A DNA stretch of 62,079 nucleotides, filler included, from Bipalium vagum (GCA_037834085.1; 3 parts of 3 records of this genome joined end to end with filler, not necessarily neighbours in it); one strand, 5' to 3'. Positions 27,000-41,827 are shown, counted from the whole stretch's first letter. Numbers and translations: made by a program. The notes: generated by a model from the sequence alone, not told the origin.

Positions 27000-28559
27000 T
27001 ACTTACAATTTTTAAAATTAATTACATTTAAATAGATTTAAAAATGAGTGTTTCTAGGTAATCTAATTAAAGGTTAAAACAAGGCATTAATTAAAAATAA
27101 TTCCATGAATGTACTTTTTTTCTGGAGTAACAAAATAAAAATGAACCGAGTTTAACTATTTACAAACATGCCAAGTGTTTTTTTTGTATTTTTAAAATAT
27201 TATTTTAAGACTATCTGGCATAAAAATCTATTTTTTAAAATAAATTTTAAAATATTTTTGCATATTTTACATATTTTTATTTAAAATTTTCCATAATTAA
27301 ACACAAACTTAGTTAAGATTACATAAAGTATTAATTTAAATAAAATGCTGAATTCATAACAGTATGATTAATAAGAATTATGTCATTAATATTGCTAGAT
27401 TCTGTCTTAGTGAAATTATGATTAGAGTATTAAATTATTGAAAATCTTATTCCTGAGATTGAATTAAAATTTTTGTTAATTTTTTTTAACAATATGGTAC
27501 AAAATATTAATCAAACTCTTGCCACGCTCTGCACCATGTATGACTGTGTTCCTACTCTTGCTATACACTTATTAAAATATTAATCAAGAAAACAATTAAG
27601 TTGATGTGTGACGAAAAGCGAAATTAGTCAGAAATTATCAATAGACTTTTTCGTTGCTGTGTTGAAGCAATCCTAAACGTCCGAACTGGCTGCTAGATTC
27701 AAAGTTGGGGTTGGGTTTTCAGCATATGTCATATGAAATAATATGCTAATTGATGTGGTATTTCCATTGTCCGTCTGTTCGTCAGAATGCAGCTTAAATT
27801 GGCCTTACATGGTATTTATCAGAAGGGATTTCTATCCAAGCATGTGAAACGGGATTGATATAGTCTTTTCAAATAGTAGAGTATCTTCCTCTGTAATATT
27901 ACCTATGATCTTGTTTCTTTCTGTGTTTTATAACAATATAAATTCTTTCATTCTCCTGAATATTATTAATTAAAAATCATTACATTAATTGAAAAATATA
28001 TATAACCGATAAAAAAATCTACGTTTGAAAGTGATATTATATATAGGAAAATGCCAAAGCTTATTTTACAAGTTTCAAATTCCAAATAGGTCGGGAAATT
28101 AGAAAGCAAAAAATAATATTCTGGAATTTTGTTTGAGTTATTAACTAAAGGTTACCAAAAAAGTACATATACCCATCACTAATTTCAAACAATGGCCTTT
28201 TGGTTTACAGCACACCTTGATATGGAAAAGGAGATTCCTTTGAATTTGAAATCGCAAATCCAGATAAAAGCCATCAAGAGTTGTTACGAAATTTGAAAGG
28301 GACAATAAGTTCTACAAACAAGTCAGTGAAAACTATTTGAAACTTTCGCTGAATACAGTCATAAGGTAAACTCAAAAGAAATATAAGAATTAATTTAATG
28401 CAGTAGAGTTCAGCTAATCCGAATCACTGATGACTGAAAAAATTCTACGGAATACGCGAATACCGGATTATCTGACCTTAGTGATTATATAACAACTCAG
28501 TATTATACAATAAACAACTCATAAAATATGTCAATATTAATTGAAATGAAGTATTTTAG

Positions 28560-28940
28560 AAAAAGACTCCGTGATGTTTCAATATCAATAACAGGATAAT
28601 TTCCGGTAACATATTAAGAAATAGAAAAACTTGAGCTTGATCTAACCAAAAAAAATGATCTTTAACAAATATCGACTGATAATAAATAAAGACCCAAAAA
28701 TATGAGAAAACATCTTTTCAAAATACTTTTATCTCCACCATATTCTTCGGATTTTGCTTCAAACGATTATCACCTGTTCTGTCCTTCCATCACATTTGAA
28801 AGGAAACCAACGCAAAGCAGTTTTTTTTTAAAAATTGTTTTGATTCAAAGGTCACCAGTTTTTATTGCTGAGGAATAATGAAACTGTCAGAAAAATGGAA
28901 AAAATAATTGAAGTGAATGGAGAATACTTTGGATAAATAG
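28560..28940 (+). mobile_element. Mariner 3' fragment
   Basis: SPPYSSDFASNDYHLF and the terminal KIIEVNGEYFG*. Confidence 0.7.
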
Positions 28941-29620
28941 TAATAGTTTATAAATATGATAAACTTAAATAAAAAATTTATTTGATATATATTTATTTAT
29001 TTATAACAGATAGAAAACTTTTACAGTGAGATAAATATATGTGGACACATGTGAAAATTAAAAATTGTTTCCTTAATGATTAACTTTCGTTGAACACGAA
29101 GATTGTTATAATTGATAAGATTAGAAATACAGAAATCATAATTTAATGTATATTGGTCAGAGCAACGACATTCTAATGATATTTTCAGGTTTGTTCTCAA
29201 ACCAACGTCTCGCCAACACGTACAACATTCAAAACGACTACCTGAAATCAAACAATATAATAACTATAATGATATTAATATATAATAAGGTAATAAACTC
29301 AAAAGGCCTTAACAACAGCCTCAAAAAATACACAAAAAACATACAGAAATGATCTAGTCAAACTTTGAAAATCTTTCTCATCCAATATACCGACTGATAA
29401 TCATTTTTAGACATCCTTGATTTCTTTTTGTTTGGATAAAATTATTTTATAAATTAATAAGATCACTTATACACATACCAATTACTTTTACTAGATTCAT
29501 AAAACTTTACTCAACCTGAGATTTGTTTATTTAAAGTTGATGTTAGCATTTTCATTTACTTATTCCTTACTTATTAATTGTTTAATGTAAAATATTTTTA
29601 CTGACACAAAGCTTCTAAAG

Positions 29621-30278
29621 TATTGGGTTGATTCATAAGTTCGTGCGTTTTTTCTATATAAAATTTAAAAGCAAATTTTAAATATATTATTTGTTTAAAC
29701 ATTAACAGGTTGTACATCATTTGAAAGCTTTGAGAAGCGTAAGATACTTTTAATTATATTACCTTATATGTAGTTTGTATATATAAATATTTATTCAGAA
29801 AAAAGCATGAATAAATTAGCAATCCGTATATTTCTGCATCATTATTGGAAGCAGAATTTCAGACCCATATATTCTGCAAAGAAAATATGTGAAGTTGAAG
29901 GTGACAAATCAGTGTCCATAAGAACTGCTCAAAAGTGGTTCAAAAAATTCAACAAGGATGACATGGACCTCAATAATTATCCTCGCAGTGGATGCCCCAC
30001 CACTATAGATTCGGAAGCTATTCTCAAAGCCGTAAAAATGAATCCATCAAATGTCGACTGAGACCGGAACATCACAAGCATCCGTGGATCGTCATCTACA
30101 TCAACGCAACAAGAGACAAAAGCGCGTTTCTGAAGTACCGCATGATTTGACGCAAAGTCAGGCTAAACGCCGTTTGTCGATCTGTCGTCAATTATTAAAT
30201 AATCCAAATGATGAACGCTTTATACGTTGCATAATCACGTGCGACGAAAAATGGATATATTATTCATTTATGATCTGA
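29621..30278 (+). mobile_element. Mariner 5' half (left TIR, HTH, start of catalytic domain)
   Basis: TIR tattgggttgattcataagttcgtgcg; RTAQKWFKKF, PRSGCP, VPHDLT, IITCDEKWIYY; truncated. Confidence 0.85.
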
Positions 30279-31739
30279 TTTTAAATATAAATTAACAGTA
30301 AATGTTTATAAATTAATAAATAATAAAAATACCTTGTTTAATATTATTTTTATTAATTAAATATTATTTATAAAATATATAAAATTTTATTTTTTAAATA
30401 AATGGACTCAATGTTATATACATGAAATTATTATTATTATTAATTTGATCCTAAATTCCAGGAAGCTAAATGTAGCTTATTAGGAAACTGGAATGCAATA
30501 ATCCCACGATAAAATGAGGTCGAATTACGGAATGGTAGACAATGTAAATAGATAAAAATATTTAAAATGAAAATTCTGTTTGAATACAAATGGATCTAAA
30601 ATTTATTTTAATGAATGAATCTCAAAGTAAAAATATAAACTGTAACATTTATATCTTACTTTTTAAAACCACCTTGCATTCAGTATTTTCACAAAAATTT
30701 ACAAAATAATAAAAATATAATTTTATAGTTAAATTTAATTTTTTGAAGATTATTTTTATCATTACAAAGAAAATCTTTCATTTGAACAAATTAAATCGTT
30801 CAATTAATGATTTATAATTAAAATGATAATAAATTCCTTTACCTGGAAATTATTGAAGAAATTGTGCAATTAAACAAAATTTTGGTAGATAAACAAAAAA
30901 CAAAAATTTATTTAAACTATACCTCAAACAGAAAGCGGATCGAATGAAATGGCAAATCGAAATACATGACATCACTATTATATATTTTATTTATTAGATT
31001 TGTTAAAATATGGCCAAATGTCTCCGGGTAACAAATATTTCTTGTAAAGATTAAAAATGAATTCATTAAAAAATTAATGACATTTAATATTTTAAATGTT
31101 ATTTCATAGTTTTATATTTTCCCGGTTATTATACAATTAAATTGTTTTAAAAGTCAAAATTATTAAGCATTTAACTAAATATTATTTTTTATTAAACTGT
31201 AGTTTCATTAAGAAAAATCTTTCTTAACCTTTACATCCCTAAGTTACATATTTACATTTTCTAAAAATTTGAACCATTCTTTTTTAGAAACTTTTTTATC
31301 TCACTTATTTGATTGTACTCGTTTTTGATTTTTCAATATTATACTACTAACTATAGTGAATACTATTGGTAACATTGAATATCGTCATTTATTGTAATAG
31401 TTCGATAAAGTCATTGTTCAACGTTTATTTTATTGAAGAATTGGTTAAATAGATCAGATTTCTGTGTTAGGTTAATATGAATATTATTAACTTTAATTAT
31501 TTTATTTTCTTCATTTATTACTTTAAACGATTTTTTGATTTTTAATGATTTATTAAGCTACTTTTTTAAAATATCAATTTTTAAAATTATATTCAGTTTA
31601 TTTTTTTACCAATATTATCAAATTGAAGATTTTTAATTTAAATTTAATGTTAAATATTTTAATTAATATTTTTAAAAATGTATTTATTTTTATCAAGATT
31701 AAATTTAATAATTTTGTTACTATTTACCTTGAATCAAAA

Positions 31740-32426
31740 TGTGTAACTTTAGCTCGACTATCCTAACTCTTCACTTTGTTGATAACGTGCTTGTTAGATT
31801 GAAATTATTCCGAAAATCTAAGTGTTGAATCAAAACAATCACAAGTAATTGTAACCTCTTTTTACGATTCAAAATAACCACAGTATCCCTTTAATCCAAT
31901 TTATTGTAATAAATCAAAATTGATTACAATAAACTTTATTTCACAAATCGGTCACACAAGCAATCACAAAATACACTCAGATCAGGATAATTGAATAATA
32001 AATTTTAACGGGATCACGCGGATCACAGTAAATAATGTCTAATAAAAAGGTTTAAGTTGATATCAATAAGTAAACCCTGGGTCGTCCACCAGGCCCTTTC
32101 GGTCGCCTAAGGATATCCGAATTCGGCGGGACCCATTGAAAAATCCTGCTGCATATTGTCTAGAAAAAAACAGAAGTAAATTACTTCGCTAAAAAGATAA
32201 ATTTTATATTTAAATCTTCCCACTAAAATAAATTCTTCAAATACTTAATCCTAGGAATGATAAATTCTTCCAACGATAAGTCTCTTCAAATAAAATTCTT
32301 AAAAGTAATAAATTGTCGTTTGCAAGCACAAATAAAGCTATCTTTCTTCTGGGCAAATTTCTCAAATTACATCCTCGCTTTATATAGAAAAGGAGATTGG
32401 CTAACAACCGCAAATCGATAGTTTTA
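31740..32426 (-). mobile_element. Solo-LTR-like dispersed repeat, copy B
   Basis: On the minus strand: CTATATAAA (32379-32387), conserved core 32075-32154, AATAAA (31935-31940) and a terminal ...GTTACA(CA). Truncated on the right by a mariner. Confidence 0.6.
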
Positions 32427-33403
32427 TAGGATTGCCCGAAAAGCTCGTTCCAATTTTTAATATACATAATTAAAACAGTTTTTATTATAATAGATAGATA
32501 GAAAACATGGCATAATTATATATATTCTGAATGGTAAAAGATGCTTTTTTATTAAATAATGAAATGTATTTGTTTAAATATTGATCTAAATTATTGAACA
32601 AATTCAAAGATGAATACAAATAAAATACATTTTCGCCATTTAATGATCTTCTACTAACGAAAAGGTAAAAGTGCCGCAAAAACAGCAAACACGATATGTG
32701 GTGTTTGTGGTGAATTAGCAATATCCGATAGAGCTGTTCGGAAGTGGTTTTCAAGATTTAAAGATGGTGATTTTAGCCTCGAAGATCAAGAAAGCACGGG
32801 AGACCGAGAACCGCTGAATATGAACAAATTGTCGTGCTTCTTGAGAAAAATTCACGCCATTTCACACGTGAATTAGAACCTGATGAATCGCATTAACATC
32901 TGTGACTTAAATTATAAACGCAACAAAGTAACACAATTTTTGAAGCAATTGGTGACCGGAGATGAGAAATGGATCATTTATAATAATGTCCAACGGAAAC
33001 GATCCTGGGGAAAATTTCGTGATCCACCATTAACAACCGCAAAAGGCAGTCTTCACTCAAAAAACATTATTATTCTTTGTGTCTGGTAGGACTGGCTAGG
33101 AATTCTATTCTACCAACAAAACAGACAATAAATTCTGAAAAATTTTGCTCGCAGTTGGACGAATTAAACAAACAATTTGAAAGAAAACTTGAAAGAGTAG
33201 TGTTTCATCAAGATAATGCGCGTCTGCATTTGTCTTTGACCACCAAGAAAAAGTGTTTGGAGCTGGGTTGGGAAATGCTACCCCATCCGCCATATTCACC
33301 AGACCTTGCATCCACTGATTTCCATTTATTCAGGTCATTGAAAAACTCACTTAATGGAAAAAACTTTATCTCCTTGGACGATAAAAAAATCACTTGTACC
33401 TAA
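32427..33403 (+). mobile_element. Degenerate mariner element
   Basis: TIR-like taggattgcccgaaaagctcgttcc; LVTGDEKWIIY, VFHQDNAR, PHPPYSPDLASTDFHLF (DD34D). Confidence 0.9.
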
Positions 33404-35109
33404 ACTTTTCTATATATTATTTTATTATTATTATTATTTTTTATCCATTTTTTTATCCTTGGCAAACTTAACAATTCTTCTCTTTTTTGATTTTGATTTT
33501 TTAATTAAAATTTGTTGTTTCTTAATTAATGAAAAATATTTTTTATAATTTAAAATATTTATATTATTATAAAATAAATTATAATTAAAAAAGATAATTA
33601 GGTATTTCATTTATTATTTTATATTTTAATTTAATCAATTAATAGATTATTTATCACTCAATTATTTGATATTTTTTATTTATTAATTCAATTTTATTTA
33701 AAATATAAAGTAAATTTAAAATGATTTTTTAAAATGACACAATTATTCAATGAATATGTAAACAATCAAATATTTATTTTAATCAAATGAAATAAGAATA
33801 AAATAAAGTTTTATGGATGTCAATTGATATTGCAGTTTCAAGGATGACCAACCAAGAAATAAGAATAAAAAGAAAACGATTTCTAAGAAATCAATATAAC
33901 TTCATTAAATAGTATTTCATTTTGTTTATTTCAAAGACTCGTAATATTCTATTCTGTAACTTCACTACCTCTATTTACAAACTAAACAGTTTAGGGACTC
34001 GATTTCAATTCTTTGGGCAAATGTCAGATGTAACCTCATTAAAAATTTTCCATTTACATAATAATAAAATTTCAATAATATTATATAATAAATGGAAGAG
34101 CAAATGAACTTCTTTTGATACAAAACTATTTCGTAATATGTTACATAATAACACTTTCTTTTTATGGGTCACTTCAACGTAAAATAACCTTAACACCTCA
34201 TTAAAGACTTATTTGGAAAAAAAACAGTTTCATCAGTTCATTTACCGATATTTTCAGAAGGTTCAATCAGAAGTAAGACAATTAAAGCTCCGTATAACTC
34301 TTGTTCATGCTATCTTAATAATTTATTAGGCCCCAACAGATTTATCACCCATTCCGGACCCTTCATCAATTCTTAAATTTCAAAAATTCTCAAATGATGA
34401 AGATTTGAAAGTTGTATTCGGAGACTTTTTTGGTAGTAAGCCAATAAGCTTTTATAACGACCTCATTAATGATCTACCTCATTATTGGAAGTATGCGCTC
34501 CAGCATAAATAATGTTGATTACATTAATTAATAATTGATAAATTACTTTCTACATGTTTCGTTGTATGTTATAACATTATAACATTATAACTTATAATCA
34601 ATAAAAATTACGCAATTACTTTGTTTCCAATCTAATATTATTATTTATTTACATTCTTTACCGATATTCTTAGGGTTTTATCATCATTATTGAAATTAAT
34701 AGGTTGGTTGATTTAATTATGTATTACTACCATTAGCTATGATCCTTTTCTGTATAAATCATTTAACCAAGCATTATCATGTGCGGTAAAACTTGTTTTG
34801 AAGAACTGAGTTTTTAACAAGAGTTTGCAGAAGGTGATTAGAAATTTTAATTTTGAGATATATAAGCTCAAAAGTCAAGAATTCAAGTTAAGTCAAAAGT
34901 TATTTAAGTTCTGAAAGTTAAATTGCAGTATTAATATTAACTGGAATATATTATCTCATGAGTAATCATAAAACAAATTAGTTAATGTTAAAATTATAAT
35001 TACTACTAATCTGACAATCAAATTATTTTACTGCAATCATATGGGCTTCAACAGAACAAAGACCGCAAAGTTTGTTCCAGAATTTTACTCCTCATATGAC
35101 TTTAAGTTG

Positions 35110-35720
35110 TTTAAAAAATAATGTTGTTTTTGTCATACTTATTGATCAGATATTTTTTAAAATAATTTCTCTTTTGTTTTAATGCGTTTATTATATCATT
35201 TTAAAGAGCACATCTCAATCTACATTTTTGTAAGTTTAACATTTTAATTTATATTTAAATAATGTGTTTAATAATTATAAAAACGATTACCCGCAATTTT
35301 TTTACATGAATTTAAAGTGGTGCATAAAGCCAACCGTAACATCAACAGTGTATTCGAAAAAAGAGCAGCAAACAAACGTATGTTTTTCCATGGAGATGAC
35401 GCTTAAAGATGATCAAGGTCGTGAGCAAAAGACTATCATTGAAAAGAACAAATTGAAGCCTGTGGTAGAGACCAATTTACGTACAAGATTTCAAGAACTT
35501 GCAGAAGAAATGGATTTCTCCATTTCAAAGATTTGGGAGAAAATGATAAAATAAAATAGTTGGACAAGTGGGTTTCTCATAAAAACGAAATGTGGAAAAT
35601 TCATTGATTTGAAATTGAGTTTTCGCTCGTTTTGCGAAATAGTAATATAGTGAGACTTTTTCCTTTTCACTTTTGAAAAATTTAAACTGATTCAAAATAT
35701 AACTATCATCACTAATCACA
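35110..35720 (+). mobile_element. Mariner N-terminal fragment
   Basis: LKDDQGR...LKPVVETNLRTRFQELAEEM, followed by a DKWVSHK (WVPH-like) remnant. Confidence 0.5.
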
Positions 35721-36093
35721 CTGAGCAGTGTAGAAATTTAATAAAAAGAACATTTTATAACATTTATATTAAAAATTTCGAATGGTCATTTATATAAAAT
35801 CAAACTACACTGTTGAACTTATGATATATTCATATTAAATTCCCATAATTAAAAAAGTATTATTATTAGTTTTTGAAACAACCAAGTAAATGTCAACATT
35901 AGGTTCATTTCCTCCAAAAAGATTTGATATAATATGGAAAAATATATAGTTAAATTAGTCAGTGAAAATTAAAATTTTACATATTCCTTTAAGACACATT
36001 TATGAATTAATCGCATACAAAAACTGATTTTCGAGAAAACCAAAGATTTGGTGATGTAGTTCAACCTGAGACAAGAGATAGTAGGCGACTTAA

Positions 36094-38797
36094 TCATAGA
36101 AAATCATCGATTTTTTCGATAAAATATTGAGGCGCTTTCAGATACTTTTTTAGAAAATTTGGAATCTTCAGATTATTGATGTGATCTTGTCGAATCAATA
36201 AAAGTATTTCAAAGCGACATAGATGCATCAGAGATTGGACAGTCCTGAATCTTGATAATGGATACAACAAAGATACTGAGACACGCCCATTCTCCGTTAA
36301 TTGTCCACTGAAACTGTTATCATTTATCAAATATCGTACGTGGCCGTTCCTGGACTCTTCTATCAGTTGATTAATAAAGTCAACAATATTGGCTGCCTTA
36401 ACGGCGTTCCTGTCATTTTGCCAGAAGCTAAATTTTCCTGCAAATAAAGTTTTCATTAATTTTTTGGATAAGTTCATTTATTGCGTTAATATAATAACAT
36501 TTAATAACCAGCGTAATTTTGTCAAATTTTAACACAGCAAATATTTTCTGTTTCAATAAAATAGACAATTAGTAATTGAACAGATTTTAATTCGTAGACA
36601 ATATTGTCTGCAAAAAGGAATGTATTTGAAATATATTGTGGTAATTTGATTAAAATAATTTGTAAAAAATCTGTTTAAGAACAGAAAAATATTTCGATTT
36701 GATCTCTGATTTTGTTAAATTTGCTGAGATATTCGCAAAAATAATTCTATATTTTTATCAAATAATTATTAAAATATTTTATTATGATTCAATATTTTTT
36801 ATTTAATATTCTTTTTATTTTATTTATGATAATTATGAAAATATAAAAAATCAATATTGAAAAAAAAATATTAATTTGACACTATTTTGGGTCTTTTAAA
36901 ATATATAAATTAAAATTATAATAATTATTATATAGAAAAAAATTAATTAATTTAATTTCTCGTTTGTTTTAATTATTTGAATTAAGAATAGATATTTTAA
37001 ACTTACTTTTTCACATCATAGTTTTATTAATTTCTCTTATTAAAATCATATAAATAAAAAATGGGATTTTTTAAAGTTTTATAAATAATAAATGGATCAA
37101 GATATTAGAAAACAGTAACAAGATTTGATGTCATCATAAAATCCTTTATTTATACAAAAATGGTTTCAATGGTTTCATTTGAAAAAGTTAAGTAATACTG
37201 ATTGTTTATATAGGATAAAATTTTCATTTAAGCACAAATAACAAATAAATTTATCACAGAATTTATTTAATTTTGCATTAAATAAAACCTGCTTTGTCTT
37301 AATAAATACTGATGATTTCATAATAAAAATATTTTCAATAAATATAATATAATGAATTCAAAGATTTAGGAATTTTTTTAGAATTTTGCATTTTATCAAA
37401 CTATTTTATTAAAAATATTTTTTTTCAAACCACTACAGTTGTGAATATAGAAAAAAAATTTCACACAGAAATGTTCTACACTAATGTAATAAATATTTTC
37501 ACCAAATCAATTTAAACAAAATAAATTATTTTAAATTAACAATAAATACGAAAAAATGAATAATTATCATTTCATATTAAAAGGTTTTAGGAAATAGTTT
37601 TGATAATTAAAACACTAAAAAATATTTTTCCAAATAAAAATTAAAAGTAATTTCTCCATTTCTAATTTTAGATTTTTTGTCTATTTCATTACAAATACAT
37701 GAAATCTGGGAATAATGAATATAAATCTAACCTAAAGAGTGTTCTATTCTAGTATGATAAGTTTTGTTACCAGCTCGGAAACTAACGCTCAACACGTACG
37801 CTTCATGGCCACTGTCTCTAACTAAGAAAACACCATCTTCTTTATTTTGAAGTAATAATTCCGCATCATATTTCGTTAATGGTCCCCAGTACCATGTAAT
37901 CTGAACGAAAATCGGAAATAAATCTTGATAAAAACTGAAAAGGAATCCTCAATTTCTTAAAGTACATCAGACAGCGAAAAACATTTGGCAAATGGCCAAA
38001 CCACAAAAATCAATTCATTCTTCGATTTGATTGGCTGATTGCTATATTGTTTATTTGAAAATAATTTTTCCTGTTTGATGTTCCAAATATGATTAATAAA
38101 ATAAATAAACTGATAAATGTTTATCGGATGATTTTTATTTCACTTTAATAATAACAATTCTACATAAAACTGATTTTAAAAAATAATAATAAAACTTTAC
38201 TCGTCTCAGTTGGCGAAAATTATCGATTGTTTGATTTGTCTTGATAGATTTTGGATAATGAATGGAAAGCGGTTGGCCAGTGATTATTGATCGATTAAAA
38301 TAATTAGAATCAATTTCATTAACTTGAGGTAAAGATTTTCTAAGAGGTAGTGGTGGTGGAGAAGATGCAATAGTTAATTCGTTTGAATTTAATACAGAAC
38401 TGGGAAATTTAGATTTTCTGTGACTTACCTTGTGACTGGTAATATCAGTGATTAAAGGCCCATAATTAATATTATCATGTCTTCTTGTCAAAGGAAGTGA
38501 TTTAGGAGGTTCTTTTTTGATCACAGCTTTCATATCGATAATATTTTCCTTAACAACATCGGTACATGGATTAATTTTCCAAAACGAAAGCCATTTACTG
38601 AAACCTTTCTTTTTTGATGTTTGATTTTTCTTGTTCTTCATTTTATTATAATTTTCATCTGACATTCCCAAACGGACAATATTTTCAAAATCTTTTTTTG
38701 TTTTACATTGGCTTTTCAAATAAAATCGATAGAAAACATTTTTCTTTGTTTCTGCATCGAAATCATTAAAATCTTGAAAATGATTTTCTGATAACAT
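36094..38797 (-). CDS. SOCS7: Suppressor of cytokine signalling, SOCS6/7-like (SH2 + SOCS box)
   Basis: Exons 38797-38201, 37900-37732 (WYWGPLTKYDAELLLQNKEDGVFLVRDSGHEAYVLSVSFR...HTRIEH) and 36437-36094 (LLYPLSRFRTVQSLMHLCRF...LKIPNFLKKYL). Splice phases are consistent. Confidence 0.9.
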
Positions 38798-39228
38798 TTT
38801 TTTATCCTTTCATAATTTGTTATACATCTACGCATAATTCAAATCATTTATTTTTAAGGAATAATGCCAAATAAAGAATCTAACTTTTCATTGGAAGAAA
38901 TGAAGTTTTGTTTCTTTATATGTTGATTATAATAATATAAAATTATATACACAACTTCTAACTTTCTATTGGGCAAAATCTAACTGATAAAACTGATATT
39001 AAATATATTAAAACCTTTCACTGGCCTTGAGCCAACAATTAAAATCGGTTTTAATGTATAAAATATTTTTTATAATTTTCTTTTACGTATTTATTGGTTT
39101 ATAAGTGATTTACGAATTTATTTACTATTATTTAATTAAAATCATTATTAAGCTTAATACATTCTAAACCTATTGTTAATTTTATTTGACTGAGTTTGTT
39201 TAAATATTAAAAAAAGTTTCTTTTTGAA
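38798..39228. promoter_or_regulatory. Probable bidirectional promoter region
   Basis: Only 431 bp separate the divergent ATGs of the SOCS and PPR genes. Confidence 0.5.
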
Positions 39229-41827
39229 ATGATGAATAATTTTACAAAATTAATATTACACAATACTTATAGTTTACATAATTTAAGCTTTCAAAAATCA
39301 CTAATCACTTTAAATAATTTAATTCACTATAATCTTTATTGTGCTAAAGCCAATAATTGCTCAGATCGTAAACTTACCGAGAAGGATTTAACCCCTATCA
39401 ATAAAGGTTAATAAATCTACACTACATAATTTTAATGTTTAAATGTAGATGATGAAATATCGGAAATCAAAACAATTGGAGACATTCAGCATAAATTGCG
39501 ATTGTCTAGATATCATCGGAGACATGATGTTGAGTTTTACATGCGTCTCATCAAAAAAGCTGCATTGGAAGGAAATAAAGAAAAGATGCTTACCGTATAA
39601 TTTTTGAATAATTCGAAAAATTCACCAAGAATATTTAGATTTTTTTTCATGACATGTTAATAATAGATCGAGTAAAACCGAGTTTGTTTTTGGTGAATAT
39701 TTTGCTGAAGAAGTTAGCCGACCTTGGTGGTCATAGCGAAGCAGCTTTTAAAATTCTCAAGAAAGTAAAAGACTTACAAATGGAACCGTCGTCTGTAACT
39801 TATAGCTTGGTGTTTAAAAACTGTTCCAAAGAAATCGGTAACAATGAACTATTTTGGAATTTATCGAAAGATACCGTTAAGTTAGTTTTGAGTGTTTATT
39901 GGTTTTATTCGATTTTCACCTTCCTCTTTCAACTCTCTAATCCTTCAGATTGGTATCAAATGAAGAGATGGAGAAGATCCAGCAACCCGCCATACGGGCC
40001 TTGAAAATATGGAAAAATCTTCGAGAAGAAAACCAATATCTTGAAATTGGTGCTGTCAATTCACTTTTATTGACTCTGGGTAGAGGTTGGTGAATAATCG
40101 ATTTTCTTTTAATTGAAAAAATCCGAATGATTTTCCAGCTGGAATGTTGAAAGAAACCTTTGTCGTTCTCGACACATTTCTTCAAGATGGTAACCGGCCC
40201 GACAGCTACACGCTGGTAGCCATGCTTGAAGGCTGCTTAGTAGATCGCACAAGTGGATTCGGTTTGGCACTGGCCGTTTACAACAGGCTCGTGTATACAT
40301 ACAAGTAATATCATTGATTTTTTAAAAATTATTTTGATTTTAATGAGAATTTATACTTAAAATCAATCGATAAATACATTATAATTAGAGGTTTTATCAA
40401 ATTCGAGTTTCCTCTGATTTTGAAACTACAATCTGTAAATTGATTGAGTGATGGTCGTTTATTTATTTTTAAAATTATTTTTTATTCACCATGAAAATAA
40501 TTCCTGTTTTTTCCAATGACATTTATCGATTTTTCCACAATCTTCAGATGTACCCTGTCTCCTTATGTTTTTTCCACTTTATTGAAAGTTATCCAGTCTT
40601 GTCAATTTGGAAATGATCTGTTGATCCAAAAAATTATTCAATCGGCCAGTTTCAACACCAATCAACACCACCAGCCCGACAACCACCCCCAAACATTTGT
40701 TTCGTTTTTCCAAGATGATAACAACGAAAAGTCAGTGAAAATGAATGTTTCCAATTCAGTCGACCATTGCGCCATTCATTGGGGACAGGAATCGTTCAAC
40801 GAAATCATACAGACAAAGTCAGAGAAATTCGGAATCGCAGCCCGCGATTTCATCCAGTCACATTGGTCTCAGTCGAATGCACTGGTTTATTGTTTAAAAA
40901 GCCCAACGAACATGTTGCAGAAAAATTTTGTCAATTTCTTCGTAAGAAGGAGAGGCCGTTGATTTCAACTGATTTTTCGCTTTTCCAGGATCTAAAATGG
41001 CTACAGGGTTGGTTGGAACCATCAGAAAAGCTTGCTTGTGTCGGCGGTGTGTTAGGGATTGTCAGTCAAATGCAGCAACACCAAATAGTTCCCAACATCG
41101 TTACGCTGACATCGATGATCGGTTGCCTGCCGTACAAGAAGAGTGTCGTCCGAAATCTTGACACTGGAACCGAAAATGACTCGAAATCCGAGGAATTTTT
41201 TGCGACGGTCATCAGGTCATTGGCCAATCATTTCAAAGTTGAATGAAAAAAATGTTTCTTTTATCAAATTAATATTGATTTTTTTTTCATAACAATCAGT
41301 TGCAACAGGAGACGGCATTCAACAATGCTCTGTACAAAAGGAATATCCAAATGATTAACGCTTCAGATTTGTACAACCAAACTGAAGTGTTGGATTCGTC
41401 GGCCTTTGATCCATTAACATGGAGTATTTATGGGAAGAAATGTCGATTGGTTGAAGACGTTAATCGATTTTTCCAATTGCTTCAACAGAATCAAGTCCAT
41501 CCGAATTCGGAAATGTTCTACACGTTGATGCGTTCAGTTTCAACATGGGGTGCACGGCTCAATATCATTCAAAGAATGCAGCACAATCGGGTTCCCTTAA
41601 GCCGCTCGATTATTGTTCAGATCGAAGACGAGATTGGCAAAAATCGAAAGAAGTTGCGTTCCTTGGCCGAAACGGAATTGGACAAGCTGAACTTAAAAGC
41701 TTTTTATAAGTTTCAACAGATCTATTCCGAAATTCTCGATGAGACCCGGACGGAGACCGTTACTACGGGTGATAGGAAAATATTTATAGATGATTTGCCT
41801 GCGTGTTACAGGTCAAGAGAAACTTGA
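39229..41827 (+). CDS. PTCD1: Mitochondrial pentatricopeptide-repeat protein, PTCD1-like
   Basis: Spliced exons with PPR motifs (DRVKPSLFLVNILLKKLADLGGHSEAAFKILKKVKDLQMEPSSVTYSLVFKNC) and PSEKLACVGGVLGIVSQMQQHQIVPNIVTLTSMI, which resembles the PTCD1 C-terminal block. N-terminus resembles a targeting peptide. Confidence 0.75.

Noticed and set aside
27500-28370. Possible LINE fragment and pseudo-exon upstream of LRRCC1
   Set aside because: Motifs too degraded to support a call.
32075-32154. Canonical HDV ribozyme or tRNA call for the conserved core
   Set aside because: Lacks the catalytic C, the L3 consensus and P1.1; no cloverleaf or A/B boxes. Kept only as an unassigned structured RNA.
40767-41246. 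Overlapping ORFs suggesting a frameshift in the PPR gene
   Set aside because: Explained by a short GT-AG intron at ~40942-40989.
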